64,000 nt of DNA from an uncultured Candidatus Saccharibacteria bacterium. GTDB lineage: Bacteria; Patescibacteriota; Saccharimonadia; Saccharimonadales; CAZICT01. The notes under the pieces are model-generated. The model did not search any database, was not told where the DNA came from, and saw nothing but the letters and a program-made list of their open reading frames with translations. How positions within the stretch are numbered: position 1 is the stretch's first letter; every line of letters starts with the position of its first letter. The stretch covers positions 12,922 through 76,921 of the forward strand of contig CAZICT010000002.1 in assembly GCA_964537935.1 (NCBI GenBank), read 5' to 3'. Below are positions 55,244 through 64,000 of this stretch, in pieces. Position numbers and translations under genes: made by a program.

Positions 55244-56902
55244 ATGCAAAGAACCGTATTTTTAAAATATAAGCCAAAACTACAGCTAAAGATTGCGATT
55301 ATATTAGTATTTGTCTTAGGTTTGCTGTTTTCGATATCCCCAGCTCCGCAAAAGACAAATGCATTGAGCGGAGCGGAGTTTAATCCTGGAAGAATTATAG
55401 ATGATCTAGTGTTTTATAACTCAAACTCAATGAGCGTCAGTCAAATTCAGTCTTTTCTAAAAGCAAAAGTACCGAAATGTGATACTCATGGCACTAAAAT
55501 GTATAACGGCTCACAAACACGCGCTCAATGGGCAGCAGCTAACGGACGACCACTTCCACCGTATACCTGCCTTAAAAATTACAAACAATCTGTTCCCGCA
55601 ATTACTAACGGAGGCAGCGACCTTTGTAAGTCAAGTATTTCGGGAGGCAATAAATCTGCTGCCCAAATCATTTATGACGTCGGTAAAGCTTGTGGCATTA
55701 ATCCTCAGGTGCTAATTGTACTGCTCCAAAAAGAGCAAAGCTTGGTCACAGACGACTGGCCATGGCCAAGACAATATGAAATCGCTACCGGCTACGGCTG
55801 TCCTGACACCGCACCTTGTGATGCTGAATACTATGGATTCTTTAATCAAGTATACCAGGCAGCTAAAGCGTTTAGGCGTTATGAGGCAAACCCAGGCTGG
55901 TATAACTACAGAGCAGGAAGAAACAACACCATCCTGTGGCACCCGAATACTTCTTGTGGAACCTCCAATGTTTACATACAAAATCAAGCAACTGCAAGCT
56001 TGTATATTTATACGCCCTACAGACCAAATAATGCAGCTCTCTTCCCTAATAGTGGACCGAATGGTCTTTATGGCACCGGAGATGCCTGCAGTTCATATGG
56101 TAATCGCAATTTCTGGCGTACATTCAGAGACTGGTTCGGTTCGGTGTACTCAAATGACACTACACAAGCACACCCTGACGGTACTCTGATTACTCTGGAT
56201 AATAAAGTCTATCTCATAGAAAATGGTAAAAGACGACATATAGTTACCCCGGATGCCTTTGAGAGTTACGGCTACAAATGGAATCAGGTTAAAAAGGCTA
56301 CTATAGGTGACTGGGAGCTTCCTACAGGATCTTCTATTAAGTATCTGGCGCCTGGAACATTATTTACAACCCATAACTCCCCTGTATATGTTATGGAGTT
56401 TCATAATAATGAGATTGTTAAGCGGCATGTTTCCTATCAAGCGTTCACAAGCTTGGGCTATAAATGGAGCGATGTGCTTAATATATCTGCAAAATATGCT
56501 CCTTCGAAAACACACCCTAGCCTACTCACAAAAACTGAACACCCCTCTGGTTCCCTTGTCGTTAGTGGAGATAAGGTTTACTTGATTGAAAAAAGAAAAA
56601 TGCGTCATATTCTTACGCCACTGGCATTTGAATCGTATAATTTTGCGTGGAGCAACGTAAAACCGGCCACCCCACTTGACAGAAAACTCCCTAAAGGCGA
56701 TTCACTTAATTTCCGAGAGGGCACCCTGCTTCATTCATCGGGCAATATATACGTAATAGACTATGATGAAAGTGGAATTATGAAACGCCCCTTAGGCCCT
56801 TGGGAGTGTTTCGCTGATAGGCTAAACTTCAAGAAATCTGAGTGGATCAGCACCCCCACTAGCTCAGTTCCGAAACGTACTGGACCCCTGTTTACATGTT
56901 AG
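55244..56902 (+). CDS. Secreted protein with a Cys-rich N-terminal domain and four C-terminal repeats of about 57 aa; possible cell-wall-binding or hydrolase-like protein
   Basis: Signal/anchor region. The N-terminal domain contains SAAQIIYDVGKACGINPQVLIVLLQKEQSLV, reminiscent of muramidase/glucosaminidase-type folds. The resemblance is weak. Confidence 0.55.
   Translation: MQRTVFLKYKPKLQLKIAIILVFVLGLLFSISPAPQKTNALSGAEFNPGRIIDDLVFYNSNSMSVSQIQSFLKAKVPKCDTHGTKMYNGSQTRAQWAAANGRPLPPYTCLKNYKQSVPAITNGGSDLCKSSISGGNKSAAQIIYDVGKACGINPQVLIVLLQKEQSLVTDDWPWPRQYEIATGYGCPDTAPCDAEYYGFFNQVYQAAKAFRRYEANPGWYNYRAGRNNTILWHPNTSCGTSNVYIQNQATASLYIYTPYRPNNAALFPNSGPNGLYGTGDACSSYGNRNFWRTFRDWFGSVYSNDTTQAHPDGTLITLDNKVYLIENGKRRHIVTPDAFESYGYKWNQVKKATIGDWELPTGSSIKYLAPGTLFTTHNSPVYVMEFHNNEIVKRHVSYQAFTSLGYKWSDVLNISAKYAPSKTHPSLLTKTEHPSGSLVVSGDKVYLIEKRKMRHILTPLAFESYNFAWSNVKPATPLDRKLPKGDSLNFREGTLLHSSGNIYVIDYDESGIMKRPLGPWECFADRLNFKKSEWISTPTSSVPKRTGPLFTC
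56171..56878 (+). repeat. Protein-level (AB)2 repeat array inside the 552-aa gene
   Basis: R1 DGTLITLDNKVYLIENGKRRHIVTPDAFESYGYKWNQV resembles R3 SGSLVVSGDKVYLIEKRKMRHILTPLAFESYNFAWSNV. R2 PGTLFTTHNSPVYVMEF...VSYQAFTSLGYKWSDV resembles R4 EGTLLHSSGNIYVIDY...LGPWECFADRLNFKKSEW. Confidence 0.65.
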
Positions 56903-56938
56903 AATAGAACTTGTGGCCAATTACTAAAAAGGAAGTGG

Positions 56939-59491
56939 ATGAAAAACAAGAAGAACACACCTCTTGTGAGTGTAATAATCTTGAACTGGAACCGTATAGA
57001 TGACACTTTTGAATGTTTAAAGCATGTTGAAAACCTTACTTACCCCAATAAAGAAATAGTAGTCGTTGACAACGGGTCTACAGATGGATCAAAGCAGAGA
57101 CTCAGAAGCTTAAAGAACATAAAATTCGTTGATAATTCTGAAAATCGGGGCTTTACGGGTGGACACATTGATGGCATTGAGCACTCAAATGGCGAGTATA
57201 TTCTCCTGCTTAATAATGACGCCGCGATAAAGCCTGACTACATTGAAAAGGCATTAGAGTGTTTTGAAGATACAGAGGTGGCAGCGATAGGTGGACGAGC
57301 CTATTTTTGGAATAATAATTTTCCTGTTTTGTCTGAAAAAAACCCATATTATGCATATCAGAATATAAACTATTTAACTGGAGAGGGTATTTTTGAAAGA
57401 AAAGATAAGGGAGTAGTACAGGAAGTAAATAATGTATCAGGCTCTGGAGTAGTTATACGTCGTTCCGTTATTGACAATATAGGTTATTTATATGAGCCGT
57501 TTTTCGCATATTATGAAGAGACTGATTTGTTTGCGCGGATGAAAAGAGCGGGCTATAAAATTCTGTATAACCCAGAGCTTGCCATTTGGCATAAAGATGG
57601 ATCCAGCTCTTCTTCTTATTTTAGGTTCTATCAGCTATATAAAAACAGATTTTTATTTGCAATACGAAACTTTGAGAATAGAGTAATTCCATCTTTTTTG
57701 CTCTCATATGCAAAGACCGGCATAAAGAGCACGATCTATAGAATAAAAAGGAATGAGCATCAAACGCTACACAGAGCTTTTAGTAATGCTTTCTGGTATA
57801 ACATGTTAGCTTGGCCTCTAGCATTTAATTCAAGGAGGCAACTTAAAAGACAGCTTGGCGCTAGTAATTATAATCGTCAGATTCTGCGAGAACAAACTGA
57901 GGTGAGTTTGGTGATTGACTTTACTTCAAGCACTTCCAGTGATATCAAAAATTACTTTACTGAATGGCATAAACTTACGGGCAATGACCCTAGATATGAA
58001 CTCATTGCTGTGTGTTCAAAAGAGGCAAAAGATTTGTTGTCGAAAAATATTTCAAATATTTTTGTGGTTAAAGACAATAATTATTTTTCTAAAAAATCAT
58101 TGAATCTTGGATGGCTTTCATCAAACAGAGAATACGTTATATTCAAAGGACCCACAGAAGATATTTCTGATTTAGATCAAATTCTCGACGACGTTATCCA
58201 AATGAGATTAAACAACTACTGGGTACACTCTAGGCAACCAGCGGTAGTTACGGATGCATTAAAAGATTCGGAATTTTTATCAACAATAATTTTTGATCGC
58301 AGATTATTGACATACTCAGGTGGCTTAAAGCTTAATGCTAACGATAACTCCGAATCAATTTATCAATTAATTCTTTATGCATGGCTATGGGATAGCTCTA
58401 AGGTGTCGCTTCGCATGCATTATGGAAGCAATAAGAAATTAAATCCCACTAAGCTAGCTACCGATAAACAGCTTACATCGATTAAGAAGGATTTAATAAA
58501 GGATTCAGAAATCAATAAAAAAATTACACTATGGCAAAAATTACTTGAAAGACACTACAGGCTGTATCAAATACGAAATCTTTTTAGGTGGCTTTTAACG
58601 CCAAAGGTTACGCTACGACTTAAATTAGCCCGAACAAAAAATCTCGTATTATTTTCTGTTACCTTTAACAGAAAGGCCTTGGCTTTAGAGCTTCAACATA
58701 TTAAAAATGAATTTTTAAAATCCCGAATCCAGTGGATAGACCCAAGCCGCTTCAAACAAGAGATTGAGAAATCAACAGAAGATGCTTTGAATAATTGGGT
58801 TAATATACCCGTTTTTATAATATGCAGAGACCGATTGGATCCGCTACTCAAGCTTGTTGAGTGGCTAGAAGGCTTAGGATTTAAAAGAATTATTTTTATT
58901 GATAACGATTCTTTGTACCCTCCTTTACTTAAATATTATAAAAAAACCCCTTACCAAGTTATTTTTACTAGAAAGAATGTTGGACACACATCACCTTGGG
59001 CTTCCGGTATAATTCGAGCGTTATGTCCAGACAGTTATTATATTGTAAGTGACCCGGATGTTATACCTGTTGAATACTGTCCAGAAGATGTCATTATGCA
59101 TTTCCTCAAGATTCATAATCGTCAGCCTATGTACCAAAAGGTTGGATTCGGCTTAAAAATTGACGACATACCAGAGCACTATTCACTGAAAGAATCTGTG
59201 AAGCAGTGGGAATCACAATTCTGGCAAAAAGAGATTGAGAGGGGTATCTATGAGGCTGGTATTGATACTACTTTCGCACTGTATAAGCCATCCTTTACTC
59301 ATAAGTACACTCTTCATCCTAGTATAAGAACAGGGGAACCATATGTTGCGCGTCACCTACCTTGGTACGCAGACAGCAGTAATATATCATCAGAAGAACT
59401 ATTCTACAGGGCGCATGTTAACAACGAAATAACTTCTTGGAATGTTGATCAATTGCCCGAACGATACAAAAAAGAGCTTGGGATGAAATAA
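56939..59491 (+). CDS. Multidomain glycosyltransferase: N-terminal GT2, long helical middle region and a second GT-A-like C-terminal module
   Basis: N-terminal: VSVIILNWNR, VVDNGSTDGS, LNNDA. Middle (about aa 480-600): K/L/R-rich and helical. C-terminal: IPVFIICRDR...IFIDNDS...VSDPDV (DxD-like). Confidence 0.8.
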   Translation: MKNKKNTPLVSVIILNWNRIDDTFECLKHVENLTYPNKEIVVVDNGSTDGSKQRLRSLKNIKFVDNSENRGFTGGHIDGIEHSNGEYILLLNNDAAIKPDYIEKALECFEDTEVAAIGGRAYFWNNNFPVLSEKNPYYAYQNINYLTGEGIFERKDKGVVQEVNNVSGSGVVIRRSVIDNIGYLYEPFFAYYEETDLFARMKRAGYKILYNPELAIWHKDGSSSSSYFRFYQLYKNRFLFAIRNFENRVIPSFLLSYAKTGIKSTIYRIKRNEHQTLHRAFSNAFWYNMLAWPLAFNSRRQLKRQLGASNYNRQILREQTEVSLVIDFTSSTSSDIKNYFTEWHKLTGNDPRYELIAVCSKEAKDLLSKNISNIFVVKDNNYFSKKSLNLGWLSSNREYVIFKGPTEDISDLDQILDDVIQMRLNNYWVHSRQPAVVTDALKDSEFLSTIIFDRRLLTYSGGLKLNANDNSESIYQLILYAWLWDSSKVSLRMHYGSNKKLNPTKLATDKQLTSIKKDLIKDSEINKKITLWQKLLERHYRLYQIRNLFRWLLTPKVTLRLKLARTKNLVLFSVTFNRKALALELQHIKNEFLKSRIQWIDPSRFKQEIEKSTEDALNNWVNIPVFIICRDRLDPLLKLVEWLEGLGFKRIIFIDNDSLYPPLLKYYKKTPYQVIFTRKNVGHTSPWASGIIRALCPDSYYIVSDPDVIPVEYCPEDVIMHFLKIHNRQPMYQKVGFGLKIDDIPEHYSLKESVKQWESQFWQKEIERGIYEAGIDTTFALYKPSFTHKYTLHPSIRTGEPYVARHLPWYADSSNISSEELFYRAHVNNEITSWNVDQLPERYKKELGMK

Positions 59492-59504
59492 TTACCAATG
59501 TCGA

Positions 59505-60689
59505 CTATTCACTCCATTGATGCTCTAGTTTTGTAATTCCTCCCCATTTGTCATCCTTGGTAGACCTTATAATTAATCTTGGGCCTTTATCTATAAATTC
59601 GAAAGCTTCGTCTTCCGTATCGCCAAAAAGTCCAAAAACCAGATTATACTCCCCTTCTCCTAGATTAAGCTTGAGTTGGTATTTTACTTTTTGATTCTTA
59701 ATATGAAATTTATCAATAATAGTATTGGTTCCATACACATATTCGCCCGTACTTTTTAGCAAAGCTATCCCTATGTTCTTAATAGAGGACTCGCCCCAGC
59801 TGACTTCAACACTTACTTGCTCTCCATGCATAAATGAGTTTTTAAGCTTTCCCCTAGAATCTGCAACTCTATACTTGAATTGCCATTCTTTAATTTTTTG
59901 ATGCTTCTCCAACTTAGCATCATTGTCCTGTTGATATGCCAGGTATTTATCTTCGTTAAGGCGCGCATACTGTCTGGCAACCTGCCTAGGACTTCCTGAG
60001 GTCTGAATTTTACCCCTATCAATTAGAATGGCTTTAGTGCAATACTTTTCTACGACCGACATGTCGTGAGTGACCAAAATTATAGTTTGCTTATTTGCCT
60101 TATATTCGTCAAAAACGCTTATACACTTTTTTTGAAACGCTTGATCGCCGACAGCCAATACCTCATCAAGAAGGAGTATGTCACTTTTCGATTGAATAGC
60201 TATAGAGAATGCCAAACGAACCTGCATACCTGAAGAATAATTTTTAAGCTTTTGATCCATAAACTGGCCTAGTTCAGCAAACTCTACAATACTGTCATAC
60301 AAGCCTTCCACCTCCTTGCGGCTAAAACCAAGTAGTGCGCCGTTCAAAAATACATTTTCACGACCTGTAAGTTCTGGATTAAAACCGACACCAAGTTCGA
60401 TGAAAGGTGTTAGCGTTCCATTAATTGCTATTTTGCCCTCATTAGGCTCATAAATGCCCGCAAGCAGCTTTAGTAGTGTGCTTTTGCCACTCCCATTACG
60501 CCCAACAATACCAAAAAAGTCTCCTTTATTTATCTCGAGCGACACATCGTTTAAGACTTTCTGACGCTCATACGTCCTATTGCCACGAAACATATTTACA
60601 AAAAGACTTTTAATAGAGGTTTGTTTTTCGTGAGGAAGCTTAAACTCTTTACTTACATTTTCGACCTTAATAGCAATGTCTTCTTCCAT
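59505..60689 (-). CDS. wzt: Polysaccharide/teichoic-acid ABC exporter ATP-binding protein with a C-terminal Wzt_C-like carbohydrate-binding domain
   Basis: Walker A GRNGSGKST, signature YSSGMQVRL and Walker B ILLLDEVLAVGD, plus a roughly 140-aa beta-rich C-terminal extension. Confidence 0.85.
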   Translation of the reverse strand: MEEDIAIKVENVSKEFKLPHEKQTSIKSLFVNMFRGNRTYERQKVLNDVSLEINKGDFFGIVGRNGSGKSTLLKLLAGIYEPNEGKIAINGTLTPFIELGVGFNPELTGRENVFLNGALLGFSRKEVEGLYDSIVEFAELGQFMDQKLKNYSSGMQVRLAFSIAIQSKSDILLLDEVLAVGDQAFQKKCISVFDEYKANKQTIILVTHDMSVVEKYCTKAILIDRGKIQTSGSPRQVARQYARLNEDKYLAYQQDNDAKLEKHQKIKEWQFKYRVADSRGKLKNSFMHGEQVSVEVSWGESSIKNIGIALLKSTGEYVYGTNTIIDKFHIKNQKVKYQLKLNLGEGEYNLVFGLFGDTEDEAFEFIDKGPRLIIRSTKDDKWGGITKLEHQWSE

Positions 60690-60692
60690 ATC

Positions 60693-61496
60693 TTATAAGT
60701 TCTCCGCAAAACTGGTAGATTCTTTTCTGAAATATAAGAGTCCTGTTACAAACACTCCTAACACAATACAATAAACGCCGAATCGTATAGCTCCAGTTTC
60801 GAAGAGTCGTGATATTGTCAGTGTCTGGTTAGTTACAACCATATATCTAGCATCTTGAACCGCTTGTGCCATTGGATTTAGCAAAAGTGCTTTTTGGGCC
60901 GTCTCGTTTGCGATGACTGTTAAAGGATACAAAATAGGTGTTCCATAAAATCCTGCCTGCAAAACTACTTCCCAGATATAACTTACATCTCTATATTTGA
61001 CAAAAGCAGCCGCCAAAAAGAGCGAAATCCCGAGGGCAAATATATATATCTCTATGAGAATGAGAGGAAATAGAACTACATAGCCTGTTACATCAACTCC
61101 ATTAATAAATAGAAAAATTGTAACTACTATTAAATTAAAGCCAAGGTTGATGAGAGCCGAAATACTGCTTGAAAATACAATCATCCACCGGGGAATGCGT
61201 ATTTTGCGAATAAGATCTCCTCTGGCAACTATGGAGCTGAGACTTTGACTTGTCATGTCAGCAAAGAAATTCCAGAGAACGATCCCAAGCAATAAGTAAA
61301 TCGGAAAATGAGGAACATCCCCACCAATACGAAGAAACTTTACAAAAACTATATACAGAATAACAAACAGCAGCAATGGCCGGAGTAGTGACCAGGCATA
61401 TCCTAAAACCGAACCCTGATATCGTAATTTGAAATCAGTGCGAACAAGCTCGGACAGCAGTGCTCTATTCTTCTTAGAAAATACGTGTTTGAACAT
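60693..61496 (-). CDS. wzm: ABC-2 type polysaccharide exporter permease
   Basis: 267 aa with 6 TM helices and the N-terminal F..RY.GS.LG..W....P motif typical of Wzm/TagG. Its stop lies 4 nt upstream of the wzt start. Confidence 0.85.
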   Translation of the reverse strand: MFKHVFSKKNRALLSELVRTDFKLRYQGSVLGYAWSLLRPLLLFVILYIVFVKFLRIGGDVPHFPIYLLLGIVLWNFFADMTSQSLSSIVARGDLIRKIRIPRWMIVFSSSISALINLGFNLIVVTIFLFINGVDVTGYVVLFPLILIEIYIFALGISLFLAAAFVKYRDVSYIWEVVLQAGFYGTPILYPLTVIANETAQKALLLNPMAQAVQDARYMVVTNQTLTISRLFETGAIRFGVYCIVLGVFVTGLLYFRKESTSFAENL

Positions 61497-61513
61497 AAAT
61501 AAGCTTAGAACAC

Positions 61514-61529
61514 ATTATACAGTTATAAT
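61514..61529. promoter_or_regulatory. Back-to-back -10 elements in the 42-bp divergent region between wzm and the GT2 gene
   Basis: Plus strand TATAAT at 61524-61529 (9 nt before the ATG at 61539). Minus strand TATAAT at 61519-61514 (17 nt before the ATG at 61496). Confidence 0.35.
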
Positions 61530-61538
61530 CGTAAGAAG

Positions 61539-62528
61539 ATGAATATTTCTGTTGTAATTCCCAACTGGAACGGAAAAGATGAGATTGGTAAGTGTATAGA
61601 CTCTTTACTTACTCAAAGCCTTGAGCCGCACATTATAGTTGTAGAGAATGGCTCTACTGATGGATCCCTGGAGTTTTTACAGAAAAACTACCCACAAATT
61701 GAACTCGTAGTTAATCAAAAGAACTTAGGTTTTGCTGGTGGAGTAAACTCTGGTATCCAAAGAGCACTAGACAGCGGAGCGGAATACATCGCACTATTAA
61801 ACAACGATGCGGTGGCTGATAAAGATTGGCTGAAACATTTGGCTGCCGTACTTGATGAGCACCCAAAAGTAGGTATAGCTACCTGTAAACTACTAAACGC
61901 TGATAAATCCCGTGTAGACAGTACTGGCGACTTCTATACCACATGGGGCTTGCCATACCCAAGGGATCGAAACGTTTCCGCCGAATCTGCCCAAAACAAA
62001 GCAGGCGAAGTGTTCGGCGCTTCTGGCGGCGCCAGTATTTATCGTACAAGCATGCTTCGTGAAATTGGATTATTTGATAAAGATTTTTTTGCTTACTACG
62101 AAGACGTCGATATAAGTTTTCGAGCCCAACTGGCCGGCTGGAAAGTGTTTTATGAACCAAAAGCTGAAGCCTACCATCAGCAAGGTGTATCGAGTAATAA
62201 AATCAAGGGTTTCACCACATATCAAACATTCAAGAACTTTCCCTTGCTTTTCTGGAAAAATATTCCAGGTAAACTTATGGCAAAAATTCTTCCCCGCTTT
62301 ACCTTTGCGTATCTATCTATTTTAGTTAGCTCAGTATTTAAGGGACGAAGCTGGCCAGCCTTCAAAGGCTTGATCGTGTCACTATTTTTACTGCCTAAAA
62401 AGCTCCTGGAGCGCCGACGCATTCAAAAAAACCGTAAGGTATCTGTAGGATATATTGAGTCTATATTAGTTAGTGACTTGCCCCCCAACGCAACAAAATT
62501 ACGAAAAGTCAGAGCTTGGTTTACGTAA
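61539..62528 (+). CDS. Glycosyltransferase family 2 (rhamnosyltransferase-like)
   Basis: ISVVIPNWNG, VVENGSTDGS, LNNDA and the late YYEDVD motif. Confidence 0.85.
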   Translation: MNISVVIPNWNGKDEIGKCIDSLLTQSLEPHIIVVENGSTDGSLEFLQKNYPQIELVVNQKNLGFAGGVNSGIQRALDSGAEYIALLNNDAVADKDWLKHLAAVLDEHPKVGIATCKLLNADKSRVDSTGDFYTTWGLPYPRDRNVSAESAQNKAGEVFGASGGASIYRTSMLREIGLFDKDFFAYYEDVDISFRAQLAGWKVFYEPKAEAYHQQGVSSNKIKGFTTYQTFKNFPLLFWKNIPGKLMAKILPRFTFAYLSILVSSVFKGRSWPAFKGLIVSLFLLPKKLLERRRIQKNRKVSVGYIESILVSDLPPNATKLRKVRAWFT

Positions 62529-62564
62529 AAGATTTAATCTAGGGTATATTACATAAAAACGGAG

Positions 62565-63263
62565 ATGCGGATGAGTGAATTAAAGTTAGACTCTACTAAG
62601 TTAATCAAATTTTTGATAGCATCCGTAATAACCTTGCTGCTGATACATATTGTTTTGCAGTACGCTTATCATATTCATGGCATAGAAATCCTCTCTACAA
62701 TACGCGGACGATTTGACGTAGATAATGAAATAAGTATTCCAACCTGGTTTTCGCAGGTGCTCCTTCTGGTACCTGCGGCTTTGAGCTTCCTGCTATACGC
62801 TACAGTCCGTAATAATACTGATAATTCACGTTTTTATTGGGCGTTGTTGGGGTGTCTGTTTATATTTCTTTCGGTTGATGAAGGCGCAATGCTGCACGAA
62901 GCATTCATTACTAAGTTTAGGGAATGGACCGTAAGTCCAGAAACCACCGGTATCGGCCAACACACCTGGTTGATTCCGGTAGCTATTTTACTAATAATTC
63001 TTTCGGTTCCATTTATTAAACTCTTGAGGAGCTTGCCTCGTAAAACTGCTTTGATACTTACATCCGGCCTGGCACTTTATGTATTTGGAGCCATTGTTTA
63101 TGAAACGCTTGGATTAGTACTCGTTTCTGGGGAATTTGCCTACCAAGGCCTTAACGTAGCATTCGAAGAAGGACTCGAGATGCTCGGTGTTATTGTCATA
63201 ATTCATGCAATACTCAGCCATATTAAGCTCAAGGTTGACACTTTTAAGGTCAGGATTTCTTAA
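62565..63263 (+). CDS. Uncharacterised polytopic membrane protein, family A (paralog of 27199..27897)
   Basis: Also exactly 232 aa. It shares DNEISIPTWF, SVDEGAMLHE and EEGLEMLG motifs with the first copy, in the same order and spacing. Confidence 0.65.
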   Translation: MRMSELKLDSTKLIKFLIASVITLLLIHIVLQYAYHIHGIEILSTIRGRFDVDNEISIPTWFSQVLLLVPAALSFLLYATVRNNTDNSRFYWALLGCLFIFLSVDEGAMLHEAFITKFREWTVSPETTGIGQHTWLIPVAILLIILSVPFIKLLRSLPRKTALILTSGLALYVFGAIVYETLGLVLVSGEFAYQGLNVAFEEGLEMLGVIVIIHAILSHIKLKVDTFKVRIS

Positions 63264-64000
63264 GGTTATTTCTTTTATTCAGGCTCACTATCGAAATACC
63301 GGCGAGACCCCACCAGGTGTAAGCCACGGCTTCGTTGGACCAAATGTGGACCAGTAGATTGGTAAACAAAAGCCCAACCAGGCTTGCCAGTAACGCGGCC
63401 GCTAACATTTGCTGGCTATGCCACAATCGATAAGCAACAACCCCTACGATACTCAAAAACAAAACCAAACCAATAATTCCCACTTCGGTAGCAATTTGGA
63501 GATAATAATTTTCATTTAGAATCGTACCCTGGGTTTGGTTACGGATTGACGCCAGCCCGGCCGTGCCCGGACCACTACCCTCCGGATTATCGACTATTAT
63601 TTCAACCGACTCCTGGAAAAAACGTGTTCTCAGCTGGTTAGGGTCTTCCAAAACGGTGCTTTCATCAGCGTGAAAGATGACATTTTGCACAAAATAGCTG
63701 TCACGCACTCCGGCAAGCCCTAAACTACCAACGACCAGTGTTACTGCCGCGGCTACCATTACTTTCTTTTTATGTCTTAAAACAAAATGTTTAAAAGGAT
63801 TGTCACTGACGACCCCCAACACGACCATAGCTAACACAAAGCCTAGCCAAGCGCTGCGCGAAAAAGTAAACCAAAGGCATAAGACAGTTAATAGGTAATA
63901 ACCAGGAATTAATAACTGAGCGTTAATGGGCGGTGTGCGAGATGGCTTTCTTTTCTTTAACCAAAACATTGCTGACGGAATCAGCGTACCAATAACAATC
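63250..64000 (-). CDS. O-antigen ligase / polymerase family protein (Wzy_C domain), C-terminal part; the gene continues beyond the window
   Basis: FSRSAWLGFVLAMVV motif and multiple TM helices. The reading frame stays open upstream of the Met at 63969 up to the window edge. Confidence 0.7.
   Translation of the reverse strand, partial: IVIGTLIPSAMFWLKKRKPSRTPPINAQLLIPGYYLLTVLCLWFTFSRSAWLGFVLAMVVLGVVSDNPFKHFVLRHKKKVMVAAAVTLVVGSLGLAGVRDSYFVQNVIFHADESTVLEDPNQLRTRFFQESVEIIVDNPEGSGPGTAGLASIRNQTQGTILNENYYLQIATEVGIIGLVLFLSIVGVVAYRLWHSQQMLAAALLASLVGLLFTNLLVHIWSNEAVAYTWWGLAGISIVSLNKRNNLKKS

Larger units (their letters stand above)
44968..61500. other. Lower-GC block inside the glycan locus (compositional island)
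   Basis: Hand counts of 60-nt rows inside the block: 12/60 (50401), 20/60 (52501), 17/60 (57601), 23/60 (60001), 25/60 (47401). Outside the block: 35/60 (9001), 30/60 (19001), 35/60 (33481), 29/60 (39001), 34/60 (63301). Confidence 0.6.

Noticed and set aside
44968-61500. Calling the low-GC block a mobile genomic island
   Set aside because: No integrase, transposase, tRNA attachment site or flanking direct repeats were found. It is reported only as a compositional cassette.

Overview
The window holds about 62 densely packed protein-coding genes. I found no rRNA, tRNA, CRISPR array, transposase or integrase. The gene content looks like a small-genome Patescibacteria/Saccharibacteria-like bacterium, but that placement is inference only. 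The supporting signs are very short or absent intergenic gaps, many single-pass membrane proteins with long acidic or low-complexity tails, a LexA-DNA-binding-domain-only regulator and a 23S-IVS-type four-helix-bundle gene.

Left part (1-35 kb): housekeeping, envelope and transport genes. These are Dus, a UbiA-family protein, a GmhB-like phosphatase, two ABC exporters, MFS, a Mur ligase, MscS, PCD, AlkA, PP2C, AspRS, CNNM/CorC, DsbA, a P-type ATPase, a Kef-type antiporter, NadD and UppP.

Right part (35-64 kb): one large cell-surface glycan locus.
- It contains GtrA, a priming phosphoglycosyl transferase, GlmS, RfbA/RfbB, several GT2/GT4 enzymes and two GT-C-like membrane proteins.
- It also contains a pyruvyl transferase, a Wzm/Wzt ABC exporter and an O-antigen-ligase-like gene.
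- The locus is interrupted by a vapBC module and a four-helix-bundle gene.
- A clearly lower-GC block spans about 45.0-61.5 kb.

The most interesting signal is on the minus strand at 29.50-29.65 kb. It is a structured leader resembling a short (class-II-like) cobalamin riboswitch. It ends in a hairpin that could act both as a terminator and as an SD sequestor. It sits directly upstream of a tightly coupled operon of uncharacterised proteins:
- a 381-aa zinc-ribbon protein;
- a 69-aa zinc-ribbon protein;
- a 56-aa zinc-ribbon protein absent from the ORF track;
- a 232-aa membrane protein that has a same-length paralog at 62.6 kb;
- NadD.

Other observations:
- an 85-nt tract with no G at all after vapC;
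- several apparently leaderless promoters;
- a palindromic operator candidate in the promoter of the gtrA/LexA-like pair;
- a neighbouring pair of membrane proteins with oppositely charged cytoplasmic tails.

All functional calls come from motif-level reading of the supplied translations. No database search was possible.
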